Shown: positions 25,578 through 36,280 of the stretch, piece after piece
Layout: each line of letters begins with the position of its first letter
Numbering within the stretch: the first letter of the stretch is position 1
Assembly: GCA_014238535.1 (NCBI GenBank)
Contig: JABAAW010000006.1
Span: forward strand, 1-55,489
Source: Alphaproteobacteria bacterium
GTDB taxonomy: Bacteria; Pseudomonadota; Alphaproteobacteria; JABAAW01
Direction: 5' to 3'
DNA length: 55,489 nucleotides
Program-made: the position numbers and the translations under genes
The notes under the pieces: generated by a model
What the model was told of the DNA's origin: nothing
Database searches by the model: none
What the model saw: only the letters and a program-made list of their open reading frames with translations

Positions 25578-26561
25578 TTAGAGCACAGCCCCTAGAACTA
25601 AAATACATAGCATCCCCCCCCCGCCTCGCCAGCATTCGTGGCGGAAGAACTTCATACAACAAACGCCATCGACAAGCCTTACACGCCGTATATCGTGCAA
25701 AAATGATATTCCGATTCCAATCGCGACACAACTGGGAGCTAGAAGCTCTAATCCAAAATCGCTATCAGCACCACCTGCCACCCATAGCGAGAGAAGTCCT
25801 GCGAGTAGAAAACAGCCATAAAGAAGGCACAAGATATTCTTCGCATGGCGTCCTTGTAACAAGAATGTCAAAGACTTCATGCCTGTGCGCTCGTCATCTG
25901 CTATATCTTGAAATGCATATACCGTATCATAAACTACGGTCCAACAAATCGCACCTAAAAAAAGAACAAACGCGCTAAGAGCGAATTTTGCTTGTACGGC
26001 AGCGAATCCGCAAAAGATTCCCCAATTGAAGACACAACCCAAGAACACTTGTGGGAAATAAGTAAATCTCTTGGCAAACGGATACAAAGCAGCTAACGGT
26101 ACTGCTGCGAGCGCGAAATATAGTAACAATAGACCATCAGATAGGAAAACTAGCAGCAATAAAATCCCGCCCCCACAAGCTGCGGTTATGAAAATAAATC
26201 CAATTGCCTGGCACTTAGACAAAGCCTGCGAAGCCAAAGGGCGTAGGCGTGTGCGTTCAGTCAATGCGTCAATTTTTCTATCGATTAAATCGTTCCAAGC
26301 ACAGCCACAAGCGCGCATTGATAACGCGCCTAAGGTAAAGAGCAACAGAAACAATATACTGCGTGTAAAGTTTATATCGTTCATTCTATCTAGAATCCCG
26401 CCTGTATTATGGGCGTAAGCCAAGACGCCCCCCCACCAACAGGGAATAACCAAATACCACGCCCCACTCAGACTATGAAATCGCCCGAGCGAGTAGTATA
26501 GAGGATAGTAAAGAGAGTAATATGCCGATATCTTATTACTGATCGCAGAGAAAGGACGCAT
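25578..26561 (-). CDS. ubiA: 4-hydroxybenzoate polyprenyltransferase (start uncertain)
   Basis: WNDLIDRKID...RT..RPLAS, LYPFAKRFTYFPQ and YDTVYAFQDIADD. Confidence 0.9.
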   Translation of the reverse strand: MRPFSAISNKISAYYSLYYPLYYSLGRFHSLSGAWYLVIPCWWGGVLAYAHNTGGILDRMNDINFTRSILFLLLFTLGALSMRACGCAWNDLIDRKIDALTERTRLRPLASQALSKCQAIGFIFITAACGGGILLLLVFLSDGLLLLYFALAAVPLAALYPFAKRFTYFPQVFLGCVFNWGIFCGFAAVQAKFALSAFVLFLGAICWTVVYDTVYAFQDIADDERTGMKSLTFLLQGRHAKNILCLLYGCFLLAGLLSLWVAGGADSDFGLELLAPSCVAIGIGISFLHDIRRVRLVDGVCCMKFFRHECWRGGGGMLCILVLGAVL

Positions 26562-26751
26562 AGAGCTTCTACCCAAAAGTTTTTCTATAATATTGTCGAA
26601 CTATTCCTAGTGCTTGCCTATTGCCCGCGTACTGCTAGGATGCGAGCAGTTAAGGCAACGTACGACCGAAGGATTGAACATTTGCGTACACGATTAGTAG
26701 CGCAACCGATAGTGTTTGGTCACCATAATTCGCTGAAGAGATAGCATTCTA

Positions 26752-27486
26752 ATGCCTAGCACCCCGAGACTATGGCAACAGTGTTTGTTGCGGCTACGAG
26801 AGCCTATCCTGCTTTCGAGCGCGGCGACCCACCACGCCCGAAATGTATTGCGCTTGCAGATAGGTTCTCGCTTTAGTGTATTTAACGAGCAACATGGTGA
26901 ATGGCTAGCGGAGGTAGTAAGTTGGCAAGGGAGCGAGGGAGAAGCGATCTGCTTGGAACGTCTACGCGCTCCGAACGCGCCCGAGCCTGATGCAGTTGCC
27001 CCGCGCTTGTATTTCTCTGCGATTCGAGCGCATCGTCTGAAGTTACTCATAGCCGGAGCGGTTGAGTTGGGCGTCTCCTCGCTTATCCCCTACCGCAGTG
27101 CCTATACTAACGCACGCTTTTCGCCTGAACGAGTTAGTCGCATGATAGTATCCTCTGTTGAACAGAGCAATCGGTTAAGCTGCCCTGAACTAAAATCGGA
27201 GCAACAGTTAAGTGAAAGCATCATAGCACAAGAGAAGGCACTGTTGTTTTGCGCTGAGAGCGGAGCTGCGCGAAAATTGCGAGATGCTATATCTGGACTT
27301 GCCCCTGATGTTAAAAGTATAGCGATTATGATAGGTCCTGAGGGAGGTTTTTCGGAGGTAGAACATGCTATGTTGCGCGCCAACCCCAAGGTTATACCTG
27401 TATCTTTAGGGAAACGCGTTTTACGCTGCGAAACTGCGGCACTAGCCGCTATAGCATGTTGGCAGGCTATGGCAGGAGATTGGTAA
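26752..27486 (+). CDS. rsmE: 16S rRNA m3U1498 methyltransferase
   Basis: HHARNVLRL, AVELGV, EQSNR, IGPEGGFS and VSLGKRVLRCETAA. Confidence 0.92.
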   Translation: MPSTPRLWQQCLLRLREPILLSSAATHHARNVLRLQIGSRFSVFNEQHGEWLAEVVSWQGSEGEAICLERLRAPNAPEPDAVAPRLYFSAIRAHRLKLLIAGAVELGVSSLIPYRSAYTNARFSPERVSRMIVSSVEQSNRLSCPELKSEQQLSESIIAQEKALLFCAESGAARKLRDAISGLAPDVKSIAIMIGPEGGFSEVEHAMLRANPKVIPVSLGKRVLRCETAALAAIACWQAMAGDW

Positions 27487-27535
27487 TATGGTTATAAAAA
27501 TGCTAGCAAATAGTATTTACAACTTGTGAGGTATT

Positions 27536-28918
27536 ATGGCTGACATTACCGCTATGGAAATTCCAGACCGCGATTTTCTGACCACTTGGTTTACGAAAGG
27601 AGCAACCTCTGATTTACGCATTGGTGCTGAGCACGAGAAATTGCTATTCCACAAGGAAAGTTTGTGCCCCCCGCGCTACGAAACGATTCGCGAGCTGCTA
27701 GAAGACCTACAGATACGCACGAATGGCGTGATGCAAAATGAAAATGGACAGCCTATCGGTTTAACAATCCCAGACTTGCGTAATTCGGTTTCGCTAGAGC
27801 CAGCGGGTCAGTTAGAGTTTGCAGGTGCCCCTCTACAATCTGTGCACGATATATGCACTGAGCTGAAAGAGCACCTATCTACCTTACGTCCGTTACTGGA
27901 GCAACGTTCTTTAGGAATGTGCGCTATCGGTGCTCGCCCCCGCGAAAAGAACGAAGACCTCCCTTGGATGCCCAAAGAGCGCTATGACATAATGCGACGC
28001 TATTTATCTAAGAGTGGCAAGCGTGGCGTTGCCATGATGGGTCGCACTGCGACGGTGCAGGCGAATCTCGACTTCACGGATGAATTGGACATGGTAAAGA
28101 AGATGCGCATAGCTACTGCCTTACAGCCGGTGGTGACGGCTTTATTTGCGCACTCGCCTTATTGTGAAGGCGAGGCGAACGGCATCCTCTCGAACCGCGC
28201 GCATTACTGGCTTGATAGCGATCAGCAACGTTGCGGGCTTCCTTTATTTGTATTTAGGGAGGATTTCAGTTTTGCGAAATGGCGTGATTATGCTTTGAAC
28301 ATTCCGCTATATTGTATCGTGCGCGATGGCAAGTATGTAGACATGTTGCAGCACACGTTTGCCGATTACCTAGATGGAGCGAACGGAGCAGAATTACGCC
28401 GAAAGCATGGTAGTGCGCGTTTAGAAGATTGGGAGAACCATATGCGTATGATTTTTCCTGAAGCACGCTTGAAGCATGTTATTGAAATGCGAGGAGCGGA
28501 TAGTGGTGATTCTGCTATGCTGTGCGCTCTGCCTGCATTGTGGGCTGGATTGCTGTATGACGAACAAGCGCAAGAGCAAGCCTTACTACTTGCGAGAGAA
28601 TTAGTAGCACCCGATGGTGAAAACGAGGAAGGAGAATCCCTTATTGCAGCTCACCGCCTTGTGCCGCGTTTAGGTTTGCATGCACGCTGTTGCTCGCGTA
28701 CTCTTAACTCTATTGCGAAGGATGTGATCGCCATCGCTAGTTTAGGACTCAAGCACCGTAGCGATAATTTTTCTATCACCGATGAAAGACCATTCCTAGA
28801 GCCATTGGAACAGATAGTGCAAGAGCAACGCACGCCCGCGGAACGCTTACTAGCCATATTCCCGCAACCACAAAGTATGCATGACTGGCGTTCTCTATAT
28901 GACCACTGCGCCTATTGA
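27536..28918 (+). CDS. gshA: Glutamate--cysteine ligase (alphaproteobacterial/plant type)
   Basis: RIGAEHEK, SLEPAGQLEFAGAP, PWMPKERY.IM, TATVQANLDF, FPEARLK..IEMRGADSG and ALPALWAGLLYD. Confidence 0.92.
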   Translation: MADITAMEIPDRDFLTTWFTKGATSDLRIGAEHEKLLFHKESLCPPRYETIRELLEDLQIRTNGVMQNENGQPIGLTIPDLRNSVSLEPAGQLEFAGAPLQSVHDICTELKEHLSTLRPLLEQRSLGMCAIGARPREKNEDLPWMPKERYDIMRRYLSKSGKRGVAMMGRTATVQANLDFTDELDMVKKMRIATALQPVVTALFAHSPYCEGEANGILSNRAHYWLDSDQQRCGLPLFVFREDFSFAKWRDYALNIPLYCIVRDGKYVDMLQHTFADYLDGANGAELRRKHGSARLEDWENHMRMIFPEARLKHVIEMRGADSGDSAMLCALPALWAGLLYDEQAQEQALLLARELVAPDGENEEGESLIAAHRLVPRLGLHARCCSRTLNSIAKDVIAIASLGLKHRSDNFSITDERPFLEPLEQIVQEQRTPAERLLAIFPQPQSMHDWRSLYDHCAY

Positions 28919-28933
28919 GCGCATTAGATGAAG

Positions 28934-29395
28934 CTATGTATCTATCTTGATAGGCGCGATATCGTCTGCGCGTTTTTCGAAAGCCTCGACCATGCGTTCA
29001 GCTGCGTTGCGAAACAATCGCTCGAAGATAAAACCGAAGTGGTTATGATGTAGTTCGAAGTTTATGAAGAAGTTCACTCGTGTGGCGGATGATTTTCTAT
29101 TAGAGCTATCTTGTAAGATACTCCACTGGCTTTCAAAATGTGAGAATATGCTATTATCTGCTTGCATATCGACTGTTCCTTTGGTTTTGTCGAATTTAAC
29201 ATAGCTACGAAATGTACGGCTGGCAACCCCATACCCAACACGCATATCACCAATCAAAGAAGATTCTCTGCGTGTCCGCACTTTTGCCTCGAGACACCAC
29301 GGCAAGAACTGCGGGTATTGTTCTATCGCCAATACTATTTCGAATAACAACTCTGGGCTATGATGCAGATGTCGCAGTTTATGGAATCTAGGCAT
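28934..29395 (-). CDS. ratA: RatA/PasT (Coq10, START-fold) protein
   Basis: V..IEQYPQFLPWC and MVEAFEKRA; lipA-ratA synteny. ATG 29395 preferred. Confidence 0.85.
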   Translation of the reverse strand: MPRFHKLRHLHHSPELLFEIVLAIEQYPQFLPWCLEAKVRTRRESSLIGDMRVGYGVASRTFRSYVKFDKTKGTVDMQADNSIFSHFESQWSILQDSSNRKSSATRVNFFINFELHHNHFGFIFERLFRNAAERMVEAFEKRADDIAPIKIDT

Positions 29396-29446
29396 TCTAT
29401 GACCTGAAAGCAATCACGGCAAGTTGGCACTTGTACGATCTCGCAC

Positions 29447-30385
29447 TTATGCTTGTGTTTTTTCGCGTGCGAGTTTTAGCGCACGAAAGTCATCGCCTGC
29501 GTGGTATGAGGAGCGCGTCATGGGCGATGATGCGACCATTAAGAAACCTTTTGCCTTTGCTATTACGGCGAAGCGCTTAAACTCGTCAGGCGTTGCATAG
29601 CGTTTTAAAGTAGCGTGCCTAGGCGTTGGTTGCAAGTACTGACCTATGGTAATAAAGTCTACGTTTGCGGCTCGCAAATCATCCATCACTTGCAATACTT
29701 CCTCGTTGCTTTCCCCCAGCCCTAGCATTAGCCCTGACTTGGTGAAGCAGGTATGGTGTCGGCGTTTTATTTGTGCGAGCAATTCGAGGCTGGTGAAGTA
29801 TCTAGCGCCTGGGCGAATTTTTGCATATAAGCGTGGGACTGTTTCTATGTTGTGATTGAATACGTCGGGTGGGGTATGCGACAAAATATCGAGCACGCCT
29901 TGCTTATTGCGAAAATCTGGTGTTAAAATTTCTATTGTTGCCTCTGGGGAGGTTTTACGAATAGCTATTATGGTTTCGCGAAATTGTTTTGCCCCTCCAT
30001 CATCGAGATCGTCGCGATCGACCGATGTGATTACGACATGCGTTAATTCCATTTCTTTGACTGCGCTGGCGATTCTGCGAGGTTCTCCCAAATCTACACT
30101 TTTAGGCTTGCCCGTTATGACATTGCAAAAAGCACAAGCCCGAGTGCAAACTGCTCCGAGTATCATAAAGGTTGCGTGTTTTTTTGCCCAACACTCGCCG
30201 ATGTTAGGACAAGCGGCCTCCTCGCATACGGTTGTTAGTTTCCGATTACGCAGAACGGACCGCGTTTCCTCGTATGCTTTGCTAGGAGCTTTGCCGCGTA
30301 TCCAAGCTGGTCGCTTAAGTGTAGGTGCGACGAGCACATGACGCTTTTCAGGATGGCGTATTGATGCGGATGTAAGCTGGTTCAT
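29447..30385 (-). CDS. lipA: Lipoyl synthase
   Basis: [33 protein letters not shown] and RSSYHA. Confidence 0.97.
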   Translation of the reverse strand: MNQLTSASIRHPEKRHVLVAPTLKRPAWIRGKAPSKAYEETRSVLRNRKLTTVCEEAACPNIGECWAKKHATFMILGAVCTRACAFCNVITGKPKSVDLGEPRRIASAVKEMELTHVVITSVDRDDLDDGGAKQFRETIIAIRKTSPEATIEILTPDFRNKQGVLDILSHTPPDVFNHNIETVPRLYAKIRPGARYFTSLELLAQIKRRHHTCFTKSGLMLGLGESNEEVLQVMDDLRAANVDFITIGQYLQPTPRHATLKRYATPDEFKRFAVIAKAKGFLMVASSPMTRSSYHAGDDFRALKLAREKTQA

Positions 30386-30455
30386 AGTATATGTTTATAA
30401 CGCCTATAGCTCGAAAAGCCAACCCACGAGCACTAATCCCACCGAGCCTTTTTCT

Positions 30456-32126
30456 TTAATTTTTTTGCCTTCGCAAGAAAGCAGGGATTGCCATTGGTTG
30501 CCCATTCGGTTGAGCGCTGTGCTGCCCGTTACTATTTCTAGAGTGCGGAGTGTTAGATTGTTTAGCACTCTGATATGCGTTTTGCGTATCGATAGACTGT
30601 TCGAATGGTAGCGAACTCGTTTCTGCCTCATATCGAGGTAGGTAGACTGGCGCGCTAGGAGGTAGGCTATCGCCTTTGATTCCTAGGAAGTTTTTCATAA
30701 CTTCTAGTATACTCTGTGCGCCACCTATATTTTTATGACTAGGCTTTTTTCTCTCTTTAGCACCGCTATTTCCTACGGAATTTGAAGCGTCTTGCCTTCC
30801 GCGGAGCGCGGTTTGCGTTTCTTCTGCATTTTTCACCAAGATTTGCCCGCTCATACGGTTATTGAGTTCATTGCGAAAAGCGCTGTTTTCCCGCCGCGAG
30901 ATTATGGGAGTATTTCTATTGGCTTTACCATTACCCTTGCTAGCGACTTTGTCGTCTACACTTGTTTTTTGCCTACTATTTTCTTCTTGTTCGAGCCTCA
31001 TATTACTATGCCTTTCGACATTGTTTTCGAACCCGCCTTGCATTTGTTCTTCTTCGCTAGCATTTTCGTGTTCTTTACGCCGTGCTCGCTGATGTGTATC
31101 GAACCACATAGCGGCTCTACCATCATCTCTGGCTGCGTCATTTTTTTCTTCGTCTGGATTTTCGATACCTGTTGCGACGACGGAGACTCGCAAGCGCCCT
31201 ACGAGTTCTTTATCGAGGGAGTATCCGAATGCTACCGAATGGTCCCCTTCGATGGATTGTCCTATACGATCTACGATTTCCTGCACCTCGAAGAGTTTTA
31301 AGTCTTCGGAGCCGACGACTTGTATCAGAAGTTTCTGCGCGGTGGCGATATCGACTTTTTCTAATAGAGGATTTAGCACTACGGCTTCAGCGGCTCTTTC
31401 TGCGCGTCCTTCGCCTTCGGTTTCGACGGTTGAGATTAGCGCACGTCCGCCATTAGCCATTACCGTCCGCACATCTGCGAAGTCGCTATTGATGACTCCT
31501 GGTCGAGTTACCAAGTCTGTGATGCTGCGCACGCTAGAAGCGAGTACTTCGTCTGCTGTTGCGAATGCTTCTTGCATTTTTGTGCTGTCGGAGGAGATAC
31601 GAAATAGATTTTGGTTATTGATGACGGAAATAGTATCGACGATTCCCTCTAGTTCCATAACCCCGCATTCGGCGAGTTGCCTTCGTTGCTTGCCTTCAAA
31701 GGCGAAAGGAGTAGTAACTACGGCTACGGTTAGTATTCCTAGTTCTTTTGCGATTCTAGCGATGACTGGGCTGGAACCTGTTCCTGTTCCACCTCCCATC
31801 CCTGCTGCGAGGAAGACCATTTGCGCGTCTTGCAAGAATGCGCGAATTTCGTCTTGGTTTTCCTCTGCGGCTTTTCTTCCGATTTGCGGTGAACTGCCTG
31901 CGCCTAAGCCTTTAGTTTCTTCCTCGCCTAGTTGCAATCGATGCTCGCACACAGACTTTAGCAAAGCTTGTGCGTCGGTATTACAAATCAGAAACTCGAC
32001 TCCGCTCATTCCATTTCCAATCATATTATCGATAGCGTTTCCGCCTGCGCCGCCTACACCTAGCACTTTTATACGCGGTAAGTTTTCTTCGACGTCTCGT
32101 CCGGGCACGGATAGATTTTTAAGCAT
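30456..32126 (-). CDS. ftsZ: Cell division protein FtsZ with long C-terminal linker
   Basis: GVGGAGGNA, NTDAQAL, GMGGGTGTG, INSDFADV and C-terminal IPAFLRRQ. Confidence 0.97.
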   Translation of the reverse strand: MLKNLSVPGRDVEENLPRIKVLGVGGAGGNAIDNMIGNGMSGVEFLICNTDAQALLKSVCEHRLQLGEEETKGLGAGSSPQIGRKAAEENQDEIRAFLQDAQMVFLAAGMGGGTGTGSSPVIARIAKELGILTVAVVTTPFAFEGKQRRQLAECGVMELEGIVDTISVINNQNLFRISSDSTKMQEAFATADEVLASSVRSITDLVTRPGVINSDFADVRTVMANGGRALISTVETEGEGRAERAAEAVVLNPLLEKVDIATAQKLLIQVVGSEDLKLFEVQEIVDRIGQSIEGDHSVAFGYSLDKELVGRLRVSVVATGIENPDEEKNDAARDDGRAAMWFDTHQRARRKEHENASEEEQMQGGFENNVERHSNMRLEQEENSRQKTSVDDKVASKGNGKANRNTPIISRRENSAFRNELNNRMSGQILVKNAEETQTALRGRQDASNSVGNSGAKERKKPSHKNIGGAQSILEVMKNFLGIKGDSLPPSAPVYLPRYEAETSSLPFEQSIDTQNAYQSAKQSNTPHSRNSNGQHSAQPNGQPMAIPAFLRRQKN

Positions 32127-32140
32127 ATTTCTTCTCCTTA

Positions 32141-33469
32141 TTAGTTTGTGGCGAGGATTTCATTTTTAGCAATTGTTGTTTGTGAAAGTTTGAACTGTTT
32201 TGTTGAGTATTCGTGCGCATTATGATTTTTGTTTTCGTAAGCGTTATTTTGCCTAGATTGACTAGCAAGCAAGAACAGAGCGGCGATGGCACTTATACTC
32301 TCTGTATGCCTTCGGTCGGATATTCCCTCGATGCGCGGTAGTATTGCTGGAAAGACGCACCGCTGTAGTATGTTTGTAGCGAGCGTCTGTGCTCCTGGTA
32401 TATTGGCACCGCCGCCGTACATATACACTGGTGCATCTTTTGGGAATCGCGGAGCGATACGGTTTATTTGACTTGCGACCTCTTGCATCGCGATAGAATA
32501 TATGGGAGTGATAATTTGTTCTACTCCTTGCTTTCCAAGGTGTTGTGATAGCATAGTGTTTTGCAACGAGCTAGCGATGCGTTGGGGAAAGTGGCGTTTT
32601 ATTTCTATTACTTTGCTATATTTCTCTTTGTGCTTTTCTCTTTCGATTCCAAGGTATGACGCGATAGTTTCTTCGGAGAAGCGCATTGAGTGTAATAGCT
32701 GCTCGGCATTTTTGCTCGTTATCTGCAAGGTATCGGCTAAAGCGTTGTTTAGTTTGCGCGTACCAAAGTCGATGGTAGAAAATGCACGAACTGCTTTATC
32801 GTTGATTGCGCTAGAAGTTTTGTTGTGCGTCCTATTGAGGCTTTCGTGTGGTATTTTCTGATACATTCCGTATGGTAGTCCATCTTCGAACAATGCGATG
32901 CTAACCTTGTGCGCGCCAATATCGAGCACGATGAAACTATTTGCATTTTTATGCTTTGGCATTTGCGTTAGCAGGCAGTATCCCATAGCGATTGTTGGGA
33001 AGACGAACCCTATGATTTTGACTCCTGCATAGTCAGCGATACGGTTATATGCTTGCCATTTTTTTTCTTCCATTGCATAGAAAGCAAGCGGTCGCTTGTT
33101 GTGATCTACGACGATAGCATTCAGCCTTCGCAACCCATTTTTTCTATAATCTTGGTCGCTATGCGAGATTGCCTGCAGAGAAGATTCTGCTGCTAGGAGC
33201 AGAACTCTACGCACCTTTTGTTGAGCTTTTTGTTCCGCGCGAATGCGTATGCGACGCAATGCTTCACCGCGTTGGATTTCCTGCTTGCTTGTAGGTGCTG
33301 TTTGCAAGTCTATATGAAGGTTTTCGAAAGCCATCGCTTTGCAAAAAATTTGGCTATTTACATAGTTTCCCGCGACCGAGTTTTGCTCTCTGTTTGCCTC
33401 TCTTGGCACTGTGACTGCTACCTTTGCGTGCCCTAAGTCTATGATTGCGTCGGCGACAGACTTTCTCAT
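32141..33469 (-). CDS. ftsA: Highly divergent FtsA-like actin-family protein
   Basis: Lies between ftsQ and ftsZ; remnant motifs IDLGHAKV, VLDIGAHKVSIALF and YGGGANIPG. Confidence 0.7.
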   Translation of the reverse strand: MRKSVADAIIDLGHAKVAVTVPREANREQNSVAGNYVNSQIFCKAMAFENLHIDLQTAPTSKQEIQRGEALRRIRIRAEQKAQQKVRRVLLLAAESSLQAISHSDQDYRKNGLRRLNAIVVDHNKRPLAFYAMEEKKWQAYNRIADYAGVKIIGFVFPTIAMGYCLLTQMPKHKNANSFIVLDIGAHKVSIALFEDGLPYGMYQKIPHESLNRTHNKTSSAINDKAVRAFSTIDFGTRKLNNALADTLQITSKNAEQLLHSMRFSEETIASYLGIEREKHKEKYSKVIEIKRHFPQRIASSLQNTMLSQHLGKQGVEQIITPIYSIAMQEVASQINRIAPRFPKDAPVYMYGGGANIPGAQTLATNILQRCVFPAILPRIEGISDRRHTESISAIAALFLLASQSRQNNAYENKNHNAHEYSTKQFKLSQTTIAKNEILATN

Positions 33470-34224
33470 CGCTCGTTCCTCATTTTCATTACCAATTCTT
33501 TTGCATCATTGGATATTGCGCGAACGCTAGCGCGATCATTTGCACGCAGGTCTATGATCATCGGTGGAGCTTCGAGTATTCCAAAGTGTCTCTCTAGGCG
33601 TAAGAGTTGCACGATGTTTCGCACCAAAGGGTCTGGCGCCAGCAAGATTTTTGTTCCTGTTCGTAATGTAATGTTCCAAGTGTTTTGTGGACTTAAATTA
33701 GCTTGCGTTATATGCGTTCGTAATTCTTGCCAATGATCTATTACCTGTAATAGTTCCTCTAGCCGAGCTGGAGCCTCTTCGCCGGATATATGGAATAGGT
33801 TTTCGAAAGGAGTGAAACCGTCGGTCACGATAGGTGTCCCGTCGATACTTATAGGCACTAGAGTTTGTCCGTTTTGCCACAGAGCTGCGGGGTTGTGCTC
33901 TTGTAGTTCGACTACGAGCAGCCCAGCCCAGTAGCGCTGTACGCTAGCATCGTCGACCCATCGCAAAGTTAGTAGGCGCTCTCGTAATTTGCTTGGCGAT
34001 ATTGCTGCCAAGCTCATCCCGATATCTAGATTCAAGCTATCGAGCACCTCTTGCTTGTCGCTACGCTCTCGATCATAGATTCGTATTTCACGCAAAACGA
34101 AGCCAGACTTTTTACTTAAGGAGTTAAGCATTAGCTCATAACCGAGGATGATAGGCAAAGTTAGCGCTCCTAACAAGATAGCGCGCAGAACCCATTTCAT
34201 AATTATTCTAGTTTGCGGCTTCAT
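33466..34224 (-). CDS. ftsQ: Cell division protein FtsQ
   Basis: N-terminal TM, POTRA (L.WVDDASVQR.W), E..PAALWQ and IDLR; dcw position. Confidence 0.88.
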   Translation of the reverse strand: MKPQTRIIMKWVLRAILLGALTLPIILGYELMLNSLSKKSGFVLREIRIYDRERSDKQEVLDSLNLDIGMSLAAISPSKLRERLLTLRWVDDASVQRYWAGLLVVELQEHNPAALWQNGQTLVPISIDGTPIVTDGFTPFENLFHISGEEAPARLEELLQVIDHWQELRTHITQANLSPQNTWNITLRTGTKILLAPDPLVRNIVQLLRLERHFGILEAPPMIIDLRANDRASVRAISNDAKELVMKMRNER

Positions 34225-35200
34225 ACCTTTTACCCTTGTGTTCTTTTTTCTGCCACGCGTCGAGCACGAGAGTTTCTATTATCTCTTCGAACTCTATGCC
34301 TACCCCTCGCGCTTGTTCTGGAACTAGCGACATGCCTGTCATACCTGGGTGCGTATTTATTTCTAACATATAGAGGTTTTTTTCTTCTGGTTCTTGTGGA
34401 TTGTATCGAAAGTCGCATCGGCTGATTACGCGACAGCCTAAATTTTTATGCGCGAGTTCTGCCCATTTGCATATTTTAGTAGCCAATTTATGTTCTATTT
34501 TAGCTGGGAAGACATGGCTTGCGGCCATTTCTTCGTTGTATTTAGCTTTATAATCGTAGAATTCGCCTTGCCTAGCGATGACTTCTGTAATTCCTAATGC
34601 TGTACCTTTGAAAACGCCGACAGTAAACTCGCGCCCGTGAATATACCGCTCGATCATCAATGGGAACTGTCTACTGCTTGGCAAAGGTTTTCCTTTCTCG
34701 AGATTTCGCACGACCCCGATGCTTGAGCCTTGCGCGATTGGTTTGATTACATAGGGTACGGGAATAGGAGATTCCTGCCTTTCGTTGCCTACCGCGACTT
34801 CTAGTTTCATGCTTTCAGGGAAGCGGATTCCGCTTTGCTCTAGCAGCTGTTTAGTCATCAACTTATCCATTGCGATAGCGGATGCGAGAGTTGCGGAATG
34901 GGTTGTAGGGATTGCGCAACACTCCATTAATCCGTATAGGCAACCATCTTCGCCGCAAGTTCCATGCAGCGCGTTGAACGCGACATCGGGTGTAGGAGTT
35001 GTTATGGCTTGCAACAGCTGTGTTGCTTCGCGTTTTTGCCAATCGAAAACCCGAACCTTGTATCCGCGCTTGTTTAGCGCATCTACGCATGCCTGCCCTG
35101 TTTGTAGAGATACCTCACGCTCAGACGATACTCCACCGAGGATGACCAGAATATTTTCCGGTTTAGCTCTGTTTTTATTTTCAGACTGCTTTACGCTCAC
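34208..35200 (-). CDS. ddl: D-alanine--D-alanine ligase
   Basis: GGVSSEREVSL, FNALHG..GEDG, IKP..QGSSIG, FYDYKAKY and LEINTHPGMT..SLVP. GTG 35200 overlaps the murB stop and has a GAGGA RBS. Confidence 0.93.
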   Translation of the reverse strand: MSVKQSENKNRAKPENILVILGGVSSEREVSLQTGQACVDALNKRGYKVRVFDWQKREATQLLQAITTPTPDVAFNALHGTCGEDGCLYGLMECCAIPTTHSATLASAIAMDKLMTKQLLEQSGIRFPESMKLEVAVGNERQESPIPVPYVIKPIAQGSSIGVVRNLEKGKPLPSSRQFPLMIERYIHGREFTVGVFKGTALGITEVIARQGEFYDYKAKYNEEMAASHVFPAKIEHKLATKICKWAELAHKNLGCRVISRCDFRYNPQEPEEKNLYMLEINTHPGMTGMSLVPEQARGVGIEFEEIIETLVLDAWQKKEHKGKRYEAAN

Positions 35201-36276
35201 GCTATTATCCTCGTGCTTGTTTTTTCTGCATACCATCCCAAGCGCACTATTTCCCACTCGAGTTGTACGCCGCACATGCTTTTCACGCGTGCGCGTACTT
35301 TTTTTGCGAGCGCCATGATATCGTTTGCGCTTGCGTGATCATGGTTTATCAGGAAGTTGCAATGCTTTTCCGAGACCTTTGCGCCCCCGATGCGAGCACC
35401 TCGCATTCCTGCGCGTTCTATCAAGAGCCAAGCTTTATCGCCGAGCGGGTTTTTGAATGTTGAACCGCCTGTTTTCTGATCGATGGGTTGCGTGCGTTTT
35501 CTTTTAGCCTTGATTTCGGCTATTTTTCTAGCGATTTCCTCACGCTTGCCAGTTTTTGTTTCGAAGCGTGCGCTCAAGACGATCATATCCCTACCTATTG
35601 CTGAGGCTCGGTATGCGAATTGTAACTCTTGATTGGATATGGTTATCACTTTAGGCGTATCTGTGCGCAAGTCGCAGATACGAGCATCGAGTAGACGATC
35701 TTTGGTTTCGACACCTTCTGCACCTGCATTCATGCGTACGGCGCCTCCGATGGTACCTGGTATGCCTGCGTAGAATTCCAACCCTGAGCGTTCGTTTGCT
35801 TGCGCGAATCGAGCAAGTGCGCCGTCGCCTAGAGCCGCGCCTGCGGTTATGCGTCCATCCTCGTCGATACTTTTATGAGTGAAGTTATGCGATAATATTA
35901 CGACAAGCCCTCGTATTCCGCTGTCAGAAATAAGCACATTTGAGCCTGCGCCTAGCACTGTTATCGGTATTTTTGGCGCATTATTTAGGAATGTTATCAG
36001 GTCGTCTTCGTCTTTTGGCTCGAACAAGATATCGGCTTTTCCTGCGCATTTGAACCATACGCGCTTTGCTAGTTCTGCATTGCGCGTGATCTTGCCGCGG
36101 CATGGAGAAAGCGTCATGCTTGCGAGTTTCTCTGTATCTATATACGTACGGTTATTTGCATGCGTATGCGTATGCGTACAGGTATCTGTATGCGTATTTT
36201 TTTCTGCGTGAGAGTGTGTAGAAATATTATCAGCCATAGTTTCGCTAATGGATATGTTTTTTTGTGTCTGCGTCAT
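35197..36276 (-). CDS. murB: UDP-N-acetylenolpyruvoylglucosamine reductase (His/Thr-rich N-terminal extension)
   Basis: LGAGSNVL, GIPGTIGGA..MNAGA, GGSTFKNP and SEKHCNFLIN. Confidence 0.93.
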   Translation of the reverse strand: MTQTQKNISISETMADNISTHSHAEKNTHTDTCTHTHTHANNRTYIDTEKLASMTLSPCRGKITRNAELAKRVWFKCAGKADILFEPKDEDDLITFLNNAPKIPITVLGAGSNVLISDSGIRGLVVILSHNFTHKSIDEDGRITAGAALGDGALARFAQANERSGLEFYAGIPGTIGGAVRMNAGAEGVETKDRLLDARICDLRTDTPKVITISNQELQFAYRASAIGRDMIVLSARFETKTGKREEIARKIAEIKAKRKRTQPIDQKTGGSTFKNPLGDKAWLLIERAGMRGARIGGAKVSEKHCNFLINHDHASANDIMALAKKVRARVKSMCGVQLEWEIVRLGWYAEKTSTRIIA

Positions 36277-36280
36277 GGGG

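Noticed and set aside
28934-29395. Toxin-antitoxin module
   Set aside because: RatA/PasT next to lipA is the conserved Coq10-like protein; no antitoxin partner is present.
31252-32169. 305-aa plus-strand ORF and the many other antisense ORFs over dcw, pse and flagellar genes
   Set aside because: Antisense shadows of well-supported genes, with no motifs of their own.
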